41,745 bases of DNA from Gemmatimonadota bacterium (GCA_039933355.1 JBDTOH010000001.1:1-41745); one strand, 5' to 3'. Positions 17,058-25,970 are shown, counted from the first letter of the stretch. The notes: generated by a model not told the origin, from the sequence alone. Program-made: numbers and translations.

Positions 17058-18470
17058 ATGAACACCTTCGCGCATCGGGCCGCTTCTCTCCTGCTGATCG
17101 GAGCCTTCGTTCCGCTCGGGCTTCGCGCCCAGTCGGTCACGGCGCGAGTCGACTCCATTGCCCAGCCGTGGAGCAACGGGCGGACACCCGGCTTTGCCGT
17201 CCTGGTCTGGCAGAACGGCGCGGTCGTGCTCGCGAAAGGCTACGGCCTGGCCAGCGTCGAGCACCGAGTGCCGATCACGCCTGACACGCCGTTCTTGCTC
17301 GGCTCAGTCTCGAAGCAGTTCACCGCCACCGCCATCATGATCCTGGCGGATCGCGGAAAGCTGTCGTATGACGACCGGCTCTCGAAGTTCTTCCCCGACT
17401 TCCCGCCGTACGCCGACTCGATCACGGTGCGTCACCTGCTCAATCATCTCGGTGGCCTGCCGGAATACGAAAACCTCTTCGTCGCCAAAGGCTTGGTCGA
17501 CAAGAATTGGCCCCGTTCCATCACGACCCCGCCGAGCCGCTTCGAGCCGACGGCTCATGACGCGCGGACGCTGCTCGAGAAAGTTTCCGCGCTCGAGTTC
17601 GCTCCCGGGTCTCGGTTTCGATACAGCAACTCGGGCTACATGGTGCTCGCGCAGATCGTCGAGAAGGTCTCGGGCCAGCCGTTTCGCGTCTTCGTCTCCG
17701 AGAACATCTTCGCGCCGCTCGGCATGTCCCACTCGGTGCTCTACGACGAGACCCGTCCTGTGATTCCCGGGCGGGCCTCCAGCTACAGCGGGGCGAAAGG
17801 CCGCTTCAATGAGATCGACTATACGCCGTTCAACAGCATCTACGGCGAGGACAACGTCGTTACCAACCTGACGGATCTCGCGAAGTGGATCGCGGCGCTG
17901 GACCGGCCTCAGCTGGTGCGGCCCGAGACGCAAGCTCTCGCGTTTACTCCCGGGCACTTGAACGACGGCTCCGAGACTCGCTATGGCTTCGGCTGGTTCA
18001 CGGCCGACTGGGGCGGGCTCCGGCTCATCCAGCACGGCGGCTCGTGGGTCGGTTTCCGGACGGCGATCGTGCGCTTCCCGGACTCGCTGACGGTTGCCGT
18101 GCTCGCCAACCAGGCCGAGACCGATGCCGAGGCGATCGCGGTGGCGGTCGGCGCGGTCTATCTCTCGCGCCCGATCGACCGGCCCGTGGCGCGGCCGATC
18201 ACCGCGGCGAGGTTAGGCAGGCTTGCGGGCCGCTACCTCGTCGCGCCCAGGACTGTCGCGACGATTACCGCTGCGGGCACCCGCGCCACCGCCGATCTTC
18301 CCCGCCTTGGACGGTTCGCGCTCGCGTTCGACTCGGACTCGACCGCATTCACGCCCGCGAATATCCTGCTCCGGTTCCGGTTTCGCGGGGGCGCGGGAGG
18401 AAAAGCCGAGCGGCTCGAGATTGATCGGATGGGCGTGACGATCGCGGCGGGGAGCCGTTCAGCGAAATAG
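17058..18470 (+). CDS. serine hydrolase (beta-lactamase / penicillin-binding-protein family), secreted
   Basis: Starts at ATG 17058 (MNTFAHRAASLLLIGAFVPLGLRAQS, a signal peptide). It has the SxxK motif SVSK and a YSN motif (RYSNSGY). Confidence 0.8.
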   Translation: MNTFAHRAASLLLIGAFVPLGLRAQSVTARVDSIAQPWSNGRTPGFAVLVWQNGAVVLAKGYGLASVEHRVPITPDTPFLLGSVSKQFTATAIMILADRGKLSYDDRLSKFFPDFPPYADSITVRHLLNHLGGLPEYENLFVAKGLVDKNWPRSITTPPSRFEPTAHDARTLLEKVSALEFAPGSRFRYSNSGYMVLAQIVEKVSGQPFRVFVSENIFAPLGMSHSVLYDETRPVIPGRASSYSGAKGRFNEIDYTPFNSIYGEDNVVTNLTDLAKWIAALDRPQLVRPETQALAFTPGHLNDGSETRYGFGWFTADWGGLRLIQHGGSWVGFRTAIVRFPDSLTVAVLANQAETDAEAIAVAVGAVYLSRPIDRPVARPITAARLGRLAGRYLVAPRTVATITAAGTRATADLPRLGRFALAFDSDSTAFTPANILLRFRFRGGAGGKAERLEIDRMGVTIAAGSRSAK

Positions 18471-19967
18471 GGCGAGTGCCTTGGTGATGGTGCTGGAGAC
18501 CCCCCAGGCGAGCGGAAGCCCTACCAGGAGCCAGGCGCCGGCGACCACGAAGGCCGGTGCGGTCGGCGCCGAGCTCGGCGCCTCCGGACTATGGGCCGGC
18601 CTGGGCGTTGTCGCGAGCGGCCCCCCATCGTCAGGTGGGAGATGATACTTGGGGTCGACCGGCCGGACCCGCGAGTTGAGCAGGAACCCGACGACCAAGA
18701 GCGCGGTCATCAGGTACATGGTGACGTCATATGCCTGCGCCTTTGGTATCCCCCGAGTGATCTGATAGTCCCTGATGTAGTTGACCAGCACGGGCCCGAG
18801 CACGCCGGCGGCGGACCACGCGGTGAGCAGCCGTCCATGGATCGCGCCGACGAACCGGGTCCCGAACAGGTCCGACAGATACGCCGGGATCGTCGCGAAG
18901 CCTCCGCCGTACATCGTGAGGATCAGCGCGAAGCAGCCGACGAACAGCGCGACGCTGCCTAATCGGTGTGTCGCCGGGACTGCGGCGTAGAGAACCGCAC
19001 CCAACAGAAAGAACGTCGCGTAAGTCTGCTTCCGGCCGATCCGGTCCGAGAGAGAGGACCAGAAGAACCGGCCCGCCATGTTGAACAGGCTCAGAAGTCC
19101 CACGAAGCCTGCCGCGGCGCCCGCGGCGATCGACCCTTTGAACACCTCCTGGATCATCGCGCTCGCCTGACCGAGAACTCCGATGCCGGCGGTGACGTTG
19201 AGGCAGAGGACTCCCCAGAGGAGCCAGAACTGCGGCGTTCGGGTCGCGGTGGTGGGATGGACGTCGGAGCGGGAGACGAGCTTCTTGGGCTCGTCCGGCT
19301 CCTGGAAGCCCGCCGGTTTCCATCCCGGCGGCGGGAGCCGAAAGCTGAACGCACCTACCATCATCGCGGTCGCGTACAGCAGGCCGAGCACGGCGAACGC
19401 CTCGGCGGCGCCGACCGACGTCGGGGATGCGAACCGGCGCATCAGGGCGGCCGAGAGCGGTGCTGCGATCATGGCGCCGCCGCCAAAGCCCATGATCGCC
19501 ATGCCGGTCGCCATGCCGCGCCGGTCGGGAAACCATTTGATCAGCGTAGAGACCGGGGTGATGTATCCGAGCCCGAGGCCGCACCCGCCGAGCCCGCCGT
19601 AGCCGAGGAGGAGCAGCCAGAGCTGGTGGGTGCGGATGCCTAACGCGCCCAGGAGAAAGCCGCTGCCCCAGCAGGCCGCGGCGACGAGGCCGCTCACCCG
19701 GGGCCCGACCCGCTCGAGCCATCGGCCGAACACCGCGGCCGACAGCCCGAGAAAGACGATCGCCAGCGTGAACACCCACCCCAGCTCGGTCAGCTTCCAG
19801 TCGTTCGGACCGGGCGCGGTCACCCCAACCGCCTGGCTCAGCGGCAGGTTGAAGACGCTGAACGCGTACGCCTGGCCGATCGAGAGATGGATCGCGAGCG
19901 CCGCCGGTGGAATCAGCCACCGGTTGAACCCGGGGCCCGCGACGATCGACTCGCGGGCGAGCCTCAC
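18459..19967 (-). CDS. MFS transporter, oxalate/formate antiporter (OFA) family-like
   Basis: 12-TM pattern (IHLSIGQAYAFSVFNLPL..., FPDRRGMATGMAIMGFGGG). The GTG start at 19967 overlaps the upstream stop as GTGA. Confidence 0.8.
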   Translation of the reverse strand: MRLARESIVAGPGFNRWLIPPAALAIHLSIGQAYAFSVFNLPLSQAVGVTAPGPNDWKLTELGWVFTLAIVFLGLSAAVFGRWLERVGPRVSGLVAAACWGSGFLLGALGIRTHQLWLLLLGYGGLGGCGLGLGYITPVSTLIKWFPDRRGMATGMAIMGFGGGAMIAAPLSAALMRRFASPTSVGAAEAFAVLGLLYATAMMVGAFSFRLPPPGWKPAGFQEPDEPKKLVSRSDVHPTTATRTPQFWLLWGVLCLNVTAGIGVLGQASAMIQEVFKGSIAAGAAAGFVGLLSLFNMAGRFFWSSLSDRIGRKQTYATFFLLGAVLYAAVPATHRLGSVALFVGCFALILTMYGGGFATIPAYLSDLFGTRFVGAIHGRLLTAWSAAGVLGPVLVNYIRDYQITRGIPKAQAYDVTMYLMTALLVVGFLLNSRVRPVDPKYHLPPDDGGPLATTPRPAHSPEAPSSAPTAPAFVVAGAWLLVGLPLAWGVSSTITKALALFR

Positions 19968-21163
19968 TGCGCGAGCAGCCGCTTCACGGTCTCCCGCATC
20001 TCGGCGATCTGCCGCTCGTACTGCGCGCCGGTCGCCGGCCCGCGAAACCCGGCGTACACCTGCTTGACCCGCCCGTCGCGCCCAATGAAGATCGAGGTGG
20101 GGTAGGCCGTGAAGCCGGTGAGCTGCGGCAGCGTGGCCGCCGTCGCCTCCACGTCGTTGAGGCCGCCGCGGAGCAGCAGGTACGGGATCTTGAATTTGTC
20201 GCGGAAGCGCCGGATCATCCGGTTGTCCGTCGCGCTGTCGCCGCTCACCTCGTACGCGAGGCCGATCACTTCGAGCCCCTTCGCGTGGAACTCCCGATGG
20301 AGATCGACCAAGGTCGGCGCCGCGTCGTGGCAGGTCGGGCACCAGGTGCCGAAGACGTCGATCAGCACCACCTTGCCCCGAAATCGCGGGTCGCCGTTGC
20401 TCACCATCGCGCCGGCCAGGTCGGGAAACGAGAACCGGAACGGGTTGACCGTGTCCGCGCGGGTTAGCTCGGTCGGCGCGATCAGATGGGACCGGCCCGT
20501 GCTCCGCACCGCGGTGAACGGCGTCCGGGTCCGCACCCCCGCGTTGAAGACACCTCGGAGGGTATCGCCGTCGAGCCGTCCGGCCGCCAGATAGACGAAG
20601 CTCCCGTCGAAATGCGCGACGACAAAGCTGTCGGCCGACGCCCGGCCGGAGAAGAGGCCGTAGTCGCCGCTGTTTGCCTGGAAGGAAGCCTCGAGCCCTT
20701 GGGGCCCGTTTCTGAACTCGAAGACCCGCGGGCTCTTCCGCCCGTCGGTGACGAAGGTCGCGTCCCAGCTGCCTAACAATGTCGCCGGCGCCTTGGAGAT
20801 CGGCCAGCTCCCGCGCGAGGCCCGGAACGGAATCGCCCGCGGGCCCCGATTCCCTACGTTCCGGTACATGCCGACGAGCGAATCGCCCCGCTGGCCCACC
20901 GTGATGGTCGCGGCATAGTCGGCCATGTCGAAGACGACCGAGTCACCCTGTGCCACGACGCCGCTCAGATCCGTGCAGCTCAGTCCGTTGCAGATCCGGC
21001 CGGTGAGCCCGGGGCGCCCACGGGTTAGGGTGAGCGAGAACGGGAGCGCGCCGCCGGCGAGGTCGAGCACCGCGCGCCAGGAGCCCGGAAGCGAATCGGC
21101 GGCCGGGCCGGGCCCGACGCCGATCAGGCTCGCGACGACCGCCGCCGGCCACAGCAAGGTCAT
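19964..21163 (-). CDS. TlpA-like thiol:disulfide oxidoreductase (thioredoxin fold) with a ~230-aa N-terminal beta-rich domain
   Basis: Starts at ATG 21163 (MTLLWPAAVV...), overlapping the upstream stop as ATGA. The C-terminal thioredoxin domain has the active site WCPTC. Confidence 0.8.
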   Translation of the reverse strand: MTLLWPAAVVASLIGVGPGPAADSLPGSWRAVLDLAGGALPFSLTLTRGRPGLTGRICNGLSCTDLSGVVAQGDSVVFDMADYAATITVGQRGDSLVGMYRNVGNRGPRAIPFRASRGSWPISKAPATLLGSWDATFVTDGRKSPRVFEFRNGPQGLEASFQANSGDYGLFSGRASADSFVVAHFDGSFVYLAAGRLDGDTLRGVFNAGVRTRTPFTAVRSTGRSHLIAPTELTRADTVNPFRFSFPDLAGAMVSNGDPRFRGKVVLIDVFGTWCPTCHDAAPTLVDLHREFHAKGLEVIGLAYEVSGDSATDNRMIRRFRDKFKIPYLLLRGGLNDVEATAATLPQLTGFTAYPTSIFIGRDGRVKQVYAGFRGPATGAQYERQIAEMRETVKRLLAQ

Positions 21164-22002
21164 ATCGGCGGCGCCGACTGACCGCCGCCCGCATAACGCT
21201 CGCCCGCGTCCACCGCGGCCGGCACCGTGTTGCCACGCCACGGCGCGGGGCAGGGGTAGACCGTGCTGTAGGCGCAGAACGGGTTCCGTGCCCGGTTGAA
21301 GTCGAGCACATAGCGGCCGTCGCCGGTGGGAACCAGCGACACGAACCGGCCCGCCGGATAGCTCCCGGACCCGTTGGTCCCGTCGCGAAAGTAGATCTCG
21401 AGCTCCGATTCCTCGGCTCCCGTCGGAAACCGGAACACGCGGAGCCGGACAGTCTGGGCGCCTACGGTCACTTGAACCCGGCCGGCCTCGGTCGCCTGGG
21501 CCTCGACGCCGTCCGACCCGAGCAGCGGGACCGCGCTCGGCACCGTAACCGGATCGAGCGTCACGATCTGGCGCCACGCCGGCCGATAGTCGAAGTGGGT
21601 CGGCAGCTTGACGCTCTTCGGAGTCCGCCCGTAAAAAGTCGCCACTTGGCGCCCGGGAAGGCCCGCGACGACGAGCTGATAGTCGCCCAACGCGACGGCG
21701 CGGTTTCCCGGAACCGGCCGGCGATTTCCGCCGCCGACCAGCACGACGGGGCCGCTCCTGTCTTGGAGCAGTTGGGTCGCGCCGACCCCTTCGAGCGGGA
21801 TGTCGCTCCCCGGCGGGCCCACCGTCAGCCCGGGGCCGATCGCTTGCTGGGTGAGGGCGCGGAGCGGCGAAACCCCCGCGGTCCTGAGCCACGTTGCGAA
21901 GTCGGAGCGCTCCCGTGCGAGGTCGCTCGGCACTTGCGCGGCGAGCGGCCCGCTCCCGGCGGCGACCGCGACGAGCAGAGCCAGAAGTCGGCGGCGATTC
22001 AC
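21160..22002 (-). CDS. DUF1684 domain-containing protein, secreted
   Basis: GTG start at 22002, with signal peptide MNRRRLLALLVAVAAGSGPLAAQ. The C-terminal signature YPAGRF...DFNRARNPFCAYSTVYPCPAP...AGE is typical of DUF1684. Confidence 0.75.
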   Translation of the reverse strand: MNRRRLLALLVAVAAGSGPLAAQVPSDLARERSDFATWLRTAGVSPLRALTQQAIGPGLTVGPPGSDIPLEGVGATQLLQDRSGPVVLVGGGNRRPVPGNRAVALGDYQLVVAGLPGRQVATFYGRTPKSVKLPTHFDYRPAWRQIVTLDPVTVPSAVPLLGSDGVEAQATEAGRVQVTVGAQTVRLRVFRFPTGAEESELEIYFRDGTNGSGSYPAGRFVSLVPTGDGRYVLDFNRARNPFCAYSTVYPCPAPWRGNTVPAAVDAGERYAGGGQSAPPI

Positions 22003-22006
22003 AGCG

Positions 22007-22798
22007 TTAGGGCCCCGCGACGGAACCGAACATGATCACCGGTGTGGTCGGCTGGAGCGACCCACCGGTCGGTTCCACCGTGACCGCGGCCGCGTTGAAC
22101 CCTCCGCCGGGCGGAAGCTCGAAAGAAGTGACGAGCGCGTGACCGTCCGGACTGGAATTGAACGTGACCGATGGGATCGGCTTCCCGTCTCGCATCAGCC
22201 AGAGCTGGTAGACCTTCCCCGCCGGCGCGGGCGTGAGCCGGAAGGCGTGGACGATCGCTTCGTTCGACCGTTTGTTCCAGAAGAACTGAATGCCGGGCGC
22301 CTGTGCCCCGACCGCCGCCAGCCGGACCAGGCTCAAGTCGTGCTCGGCCATGAGCACGGTATTCAACGTCCGCTCCCTCGCGGTGAGCTTGGCGTCGCTC
22401 GCGGCGAGCGCGCGGCGGAGATCCGCGATCGCCGTCTCCCGCTCACTGACCCCCTGTCTGAGCGACCAGGCCCAACCGGCCAGGCCCGCGGCCAGCAGCA
22501 GGCTCGCCGCCAGACCGATCTTGAGCGGCAGGCCGCTCGACGGTCGCGGAGCCGGGAGCACGACCACCTTCTCATCCCGGACCGAAGCCATCAATCGCTG
22601 CTTGAGCGCCGGGCTCGGCTTGGGCCCGGAGCGGAGGTTGAGGAGCGCGTTGACCTCGCGAAGCTCGGCCACCTCCCGCCCGAGCTCCGGCGACTGACCC
22701 AGCGCCGCTTCGAACGCGCGGGTCTCCTCCGGAGTGAGCGCGCCTAACGCGTATCCGGGGGCCAGCTCGCGCAGACTGTCGAGTTCGGCGGGTGTCAT
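22007..22798 (-). CDS. anti-sigma factor, RskA (anti-sigma-K) family
   Basis: It has an N-terminal anti-sigma domain (LAPGYALGALTPEE), one TM helix (LKIGLAASLLLAAGLAGWAW), and a C-terminal RskA-like domain (VYQLWLMRDGKPIPS). The ATG overlaps the sigma gene stop as ATGA. Confidence 0.75.
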   Translation of the reverse strand: MTPAELDSLRELAPGYALGALTPEETRAFEAALGQSPELGREVAELREVNALLNLRSGPKPSPALKQRLMASVRDEKVVVLPAPRPSSGLPLKIGLAASLLLAAGLAGWAWSLRQGVSERETAIADLRRALAASDAKLTARERTLNTVLMAEHDLSLVRLAAVGAQAPGIQFFWNKRSNEAIVHAFRLTPAPAGKVYQLWLMRDGKPIPSVTFNSSPDGHALVTSFELPPGGGFNAAAVTVEPTGGSLQPTTPVIMFGSVAGP

Positions 22799-23466
22799 AG
22801 TCGGGTCGCGAAGTAATAGGGGCGAAGCGTGTCCCGGAGCTTCTGCATGCCGAGCCGCACCCGGGTCTTGATCGTGCCGAGCGGCTCCCCCAGCCGTTCC
22901 GCGATCTCGGACTGGGACAACCCCTCGTAGAACGCCAGCTCGATCGCCTGTCGCTGCGGCCCGCTCAGCTCGGTGAGGGCCGTGGCCACGTGTCTCCTCC
23001 GCTCCTCCTCATCGACAGTCATCGGTTGTTCGGCTTCCCATCCCCCCATGCCGGGCGCCGCCTCCGGCTCGGCCGCCTGCGCATTCTCCACCAGACGAGC
23101 GCGCCGGCCTCGGGCCCGCACCAGATCGAGAGAGCGGCTCCGGCACATCATCGTGAGCCAGGCGGCGACCGAGCCGCGCTCGGAGCGGAACCGCACGGCC
23201 TCGCGCCAGGCTTGCGAAAACGCCTCGAGCACCGTCGCCTCGGCGTCGGCCTGCTCGCCGGTGATCCGGTAGGCGACGGCATAGAGCGCACTTCCATAAC
23301 GGTCGTAGAGCGCACTCAGCCCGGCCTCGTCGCCGCGCGCCATTCGTTCGAGCAGCGACCGGTCGTAGTCCGCCCCAGGCGTAGCTGGGGCAGTCACCGT
23401 GGTCCGGCGACGGGTCGCATCCATAGGGGAAAGATCGGACGCCGGCGTGATAGCATGGATCACCAT
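22795..23466 (-). CDS. ECF-type RNA polymerase sigma factor (SigK-like)
   Basis: Sigma-70 region 2 is present (YDRYGSALYAVAYRITG..AEATVLEAFSQAW), and region 4 has an HTH (LSQSEIAERLGEPLGTIKTRVRLGMQKLR). The start is ATG 23466 or ATG 23424. Confidence 0.85.
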   Translation of the reverse strand: MVIHAITPASDLSPMDATRRRTTVTAPATPGADYDRSLLERMARGDEAGLSALYDRYGSALYAVAYRITGEQADAEATVLEAFSQAWREAVRFRSERGSVAAWLTMMCRSRSLDLVRARGRRARLVENAQAAEPEAAPGMGGWEAEQPMTVDEEERRRHVATALTELSGPQRQAIELAFYEGLSQSEIAERLGEPLGTIKTRVRLGMQKLRDTLRPYYFATRL

Positions 23467-23570
23467 TGTATCGCCTTCCCATGCCGGGCGTCTACCCCTT
23501 GGACTCCGCGGATCACCCTTCTTGTCTAACTACGGTGCGGTGGCGGAGTTGGATGCATTGGCCGCGGGGC

Positions 23571-23669
23571 CTGGAACCGGGACCGGGACCGTCCCGCGAA
23601 GCTCCGAGTACCAGTGGCCGACCAGGTTGGTTCCTGGTTCCTGGTTCCTGGTTCCTGTTCCTGGTTCCG
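23571..23669. repeat. tandem heptamer tract (GGTTCCT x4, then GTTCCT and GGTTCCG) with a partially complementary GGAACC/GGGACC tract upstream
   Basis: The tract at 23629..23669 is confirmed by the ORF translations (LVPGSWFLVPVPGS and WFLVPGSWFLFLVP). The left tract CTGGAACCGGGACCGGGACC is at 23571..23590. A C-run-rich segment follows to ~23700. Confidence 0.8.
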
Positions 23670-23704
23670 CGTCCCCCGGTCCGCCGTCCCCATCCCCCCT
23701 TCCA

Positions 23705-24139
23705 CTAGGGAATCTCTTTGGCCCCGTCGGACGAGAGGAAGAGCAGCGTTGTCGCCCGGCCGCCCGATTGGACCTTGACCACGTTCAGCTGGTCGGCGAA
23801 CCGCTCGACGACGAGCCGGTTGGTGATCCGGACTCCGCGAAGGCTAGCGGGAGCCTGAAGCTCCGCTTGGAGCAGGAGCACCGACCCTTCGCTCCGCTGG
23901 GCGGTGAACGTGAGCGCGAGCCGGCGGCCGGCTTCGGTCGTGAAGATCAAGGCGCGGTCCAGGTAGGCACCGATCGCGGCGCTATCGCGCCCCGGAGGAA
24001 AGTCGTCGAGGAAAACCCGAACGGAGACGTCGGCACGGGTGCTGCCGGCGGTCTGCGTCACCGTGGTGACGCTCGTGTGGAGAGGGTGAGATGCGGCCGC
24101 GACCGACACGGCGACGCCGAGGAGCCAAAGCCGGCTCAT
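23705..24139 (-). CDS. hypothetical secreted protein (possibly DUF6702-like; mature N-terminus SHPLHTS)
   Basis: 144 aa with signal peptide MSRLWLLGVAVSVAAA. The ATG overlaps the TPR gene stop as ATGA. The family assignment is from memory of the HxxHxS N-terminal motif only. Confidence 0.5.
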   Translation of the reverse strand: MSRLWLLGVAVSVAAASHPLHTSVTTVTQTAGSTRADVSVRVFLDDFPPGRDSAAIGAYLDRALIFTTEAGRRLALTFTAQRSEGSVLLLQAELQAPASLRGVRITNRLVVERFADQLNVVKVQSGGRATTLLFLSSDGAKEIP

Positions 24140-25338
24140 CCGCCGTCGATCGCCTTCTGGATCGCCGCCGCGTGACGGCGGATCGCCGGATCCTCAGCGT
24201 TCCACCGAAGCGCTTTCGCAATCGCACCCCGCGCGTCCTGATAGCGGCCCGCCCGGTAGTAGCTCCACGCCAGGAGATCGTAGCCGTAGATATCGGGCCG
24301 GGTCTGAATGTCGCGCGTGACAGCGCCGAGAATCTGAGCGACGTTCCCGCCGTGATCGAGCAGGTAGAGGGCCCAGACCCGATGGAAGCCGCCGAGCTGG
24401 AGGCCGGCTGCTGCCTCCATGGCCCGGCGGTATCCGGCGGCTTCGGCCGGGCTGCCTAACGCCTCCTCCGCGTCGGCGATCAGGCCGAGCGTCGCCGGGT
24501 CGAGCCGGGCAGTGATGGCGGAATCGCCGAGCTCGACGGCGTCGTGAAACCGCCCCTGGGCGAGCGCAATCTTTGCCGCGAGCCCGATCAGCCTGGCATC
24601 CTCCGGCGCCACCGCGAGCCCGCGATCGACCCATTGCGAGGCCTCGCTCACGGCATCCGACTTGAGGGCGAGATCGGCGATCCGGAAGGCATACCACGCT
24701 CGTTGTTCCCGGGTGGTGTTCGCCTCCTTCTCGACCCGGTCGCGAGCACTCCTCAAGATGTCCCGCGCGGCGAACGAGCGACCCCGGACCTCGGCCCAGC
24801 GGGCGACCCGTGCCGCGAGCTCGGGCTCGTATCGCCGGAGCCAGAGCGGCTGAAACGCTGCGTCCGCCTCCGGATACCGGCCCAGCTCGAGCAGGATCTC
24901 ACCCCGCTGCGCTCGCGCTGACAGGTTGTCCGACTGGAGCGCGACGAGCGAATCCGCCGCCTCGAGCGCATCGTTGAACCGGTGTTGCGCCACCAAGCTG
25001 GCGGCGAGCAGCTGCCAGCCCGTCGTGTTCCTCTCCCGGCGATTGGCCAGCGAGCGGCGCGCCGCCGCCTCGGCGCGGAGAATGTCCGCGCTCGATCCGC
25101 TCTCGCGGGCCCGCACGAGATACAGCGCGCCGAGCCTCGCCAGGTCGAGCGCACCTTGGGGATCGCGTTCGACCCGAGCGGTGAAGAACTCGATGTCGAG
25201 GTCGCGGACCCGGCGCTGGTCCGAGATCTCGGTGAGGGCGGTCGCGCGGTCCCTGGCGGCCGCTTTGACCGAGCGGAGATGAGCGGTGGTGGTGACCACC
25301 GCCGAGAGCGCCAGCACCGAGATCGTGATGCGGAACAT
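24136..25338 (-). CDS. tetratricopeptide-repeat (TPR) protein, secreted
   Basis: 400 aa with an N-terminal signal/anchor (MFRITISVLALSAVVTTTA). Repeated helical TPR-like units run throughout. It is a paralog of the remnant at 27032..27652. Confidence 0.7.
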   Translation of the reverse strand: MFRITISVLALSAVVTTTAHLRSVKAAARDRATALTEISDQRRVRDLDIEFFTARVERDPQGALDLARLGALYLVRARESGSSADILRAEAAARRSLANRRERNTTGWQLLAASLVAQHRFNDALEAADSLVALQSDNLSARAQRGEILLELGRYPEADAAFQPLWLRRYEPELAARVARWAEVRGRSFAARDILRSARDRVEKEANTTREQRAWYAFRIADLALKSDAVSEASQWVDRGLAVAPEDARLIGLAAKIALAQGRFHDAVELGDSAITARLDPATLGLIADAEEALGSPAEAAGYRRAMEAAAGLQLGGFHRVWALYLLDHGGNVAQILGAVTRDIQTRPDIYGYDLLAWSYYRAGRYQDARGAIAKALRWNAEDPAIRRHAAAIQKAIDGG

Positions 25339-25379
25339 GGTGTCGGCGCCCCCGTTAGTGTGGCCGTCGCGTCTGGGCG

Positions 25380-25916
25380 TCAGTTGGCGTTGGCGACGTA
25401 TGGGAAGGTGGCCAGGAATTGGCTGTCGCTGCCCACGTTGTCGGTCGCTAGGCCGGGTGACACGTTATTCGGATCGAGCAACGCGCCGAAGATGGCGGAC
25501 AGGCCGGCATCCACGACGTCGTCGGAGAGCTTCCGGCCGCCCCAGCCGTTCGCGAGCGCCCAGCTGAGCCAGCCGGCCGTCGAGGTGGCCTTGTCCGTCT
25601 GGACGATGAGCATGTCCGGCAAAAGCACGGTCGCGAGCGTGTTCGCGACGTTGTCGTTCCGGCCGGCGACCGTCTTGACGAAGTTCTTGAGCTCCGCGCC
25701 GATCATCGCGGCGTCGTCGGCCGGACCGATCACCGCGTGCTGCGGGTGGCTCCGCTTGGCGAGGAACACCTCGCTCACCAGTGGATTACCGAGGCGCTGG
25801 ACCTGGTTGTACATCCGGGTCCCGTTCGGGCCGGTGGTGTTGTCGTCGTTGGTGCAGCCGGCGAGCACGGCGCTCGCCACCAAGACGGCTGCGGCGAAAG
25901 TGGTGGTGCGGTTCAT
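25380..25916 (-). CDS. DUF4331 family protein, C-terminal-half homolog, lipoprotein
   Basis: 178 aa with a lipobox (VLAGC). It has RLGNPLVSEVF, LLPDML, GGRKLSDDVVD, and a terminal FPYVA, matching the C-terminal part of full-length DUF4331 proteins. It has its own SD (GAGGAA). Confidence 0.7.
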   Translation of the reverse strand: MNRTTTFAAAVLVASAVLAGCTNDDNTTGPNGTRMYNQVQRLGNPLVSEVFLAKRSHPQHAVIGPADDAAMIGAELKNFVKTVAGRNDNVANTLATVLLPDMLIVQTDKATSTAGWLSWALANGWGGRKLSDDVVDAGLSAIFGALLDPNNVSPGLATDNVGSDSQFLATFPYVANAN

Positions 25917-25970
25917 GATGCCGTTCCTCTATTTCTCAGTGTCGAAGTTGGTCGATTTCAATGGAGCCAC

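Noticed and set aside
23629-23669. Calling the GGAAC repeats a bona fide ECF -35 promoter array as a feature.
   Set aside because: No -10-like element lies at a suitable spacing, and other heptamer loci have unrelated units. It is kept only as a hypothesis in the findings.
1-23700. Whether the repeated intergenic elements could be a degenerate CRISPR array.
   Set aside because: The units are 7 nt and directly abutting, with no spacers and no ~30-nt repeat/spacer alternation. The loci are dispersed, and no cas genes are present.
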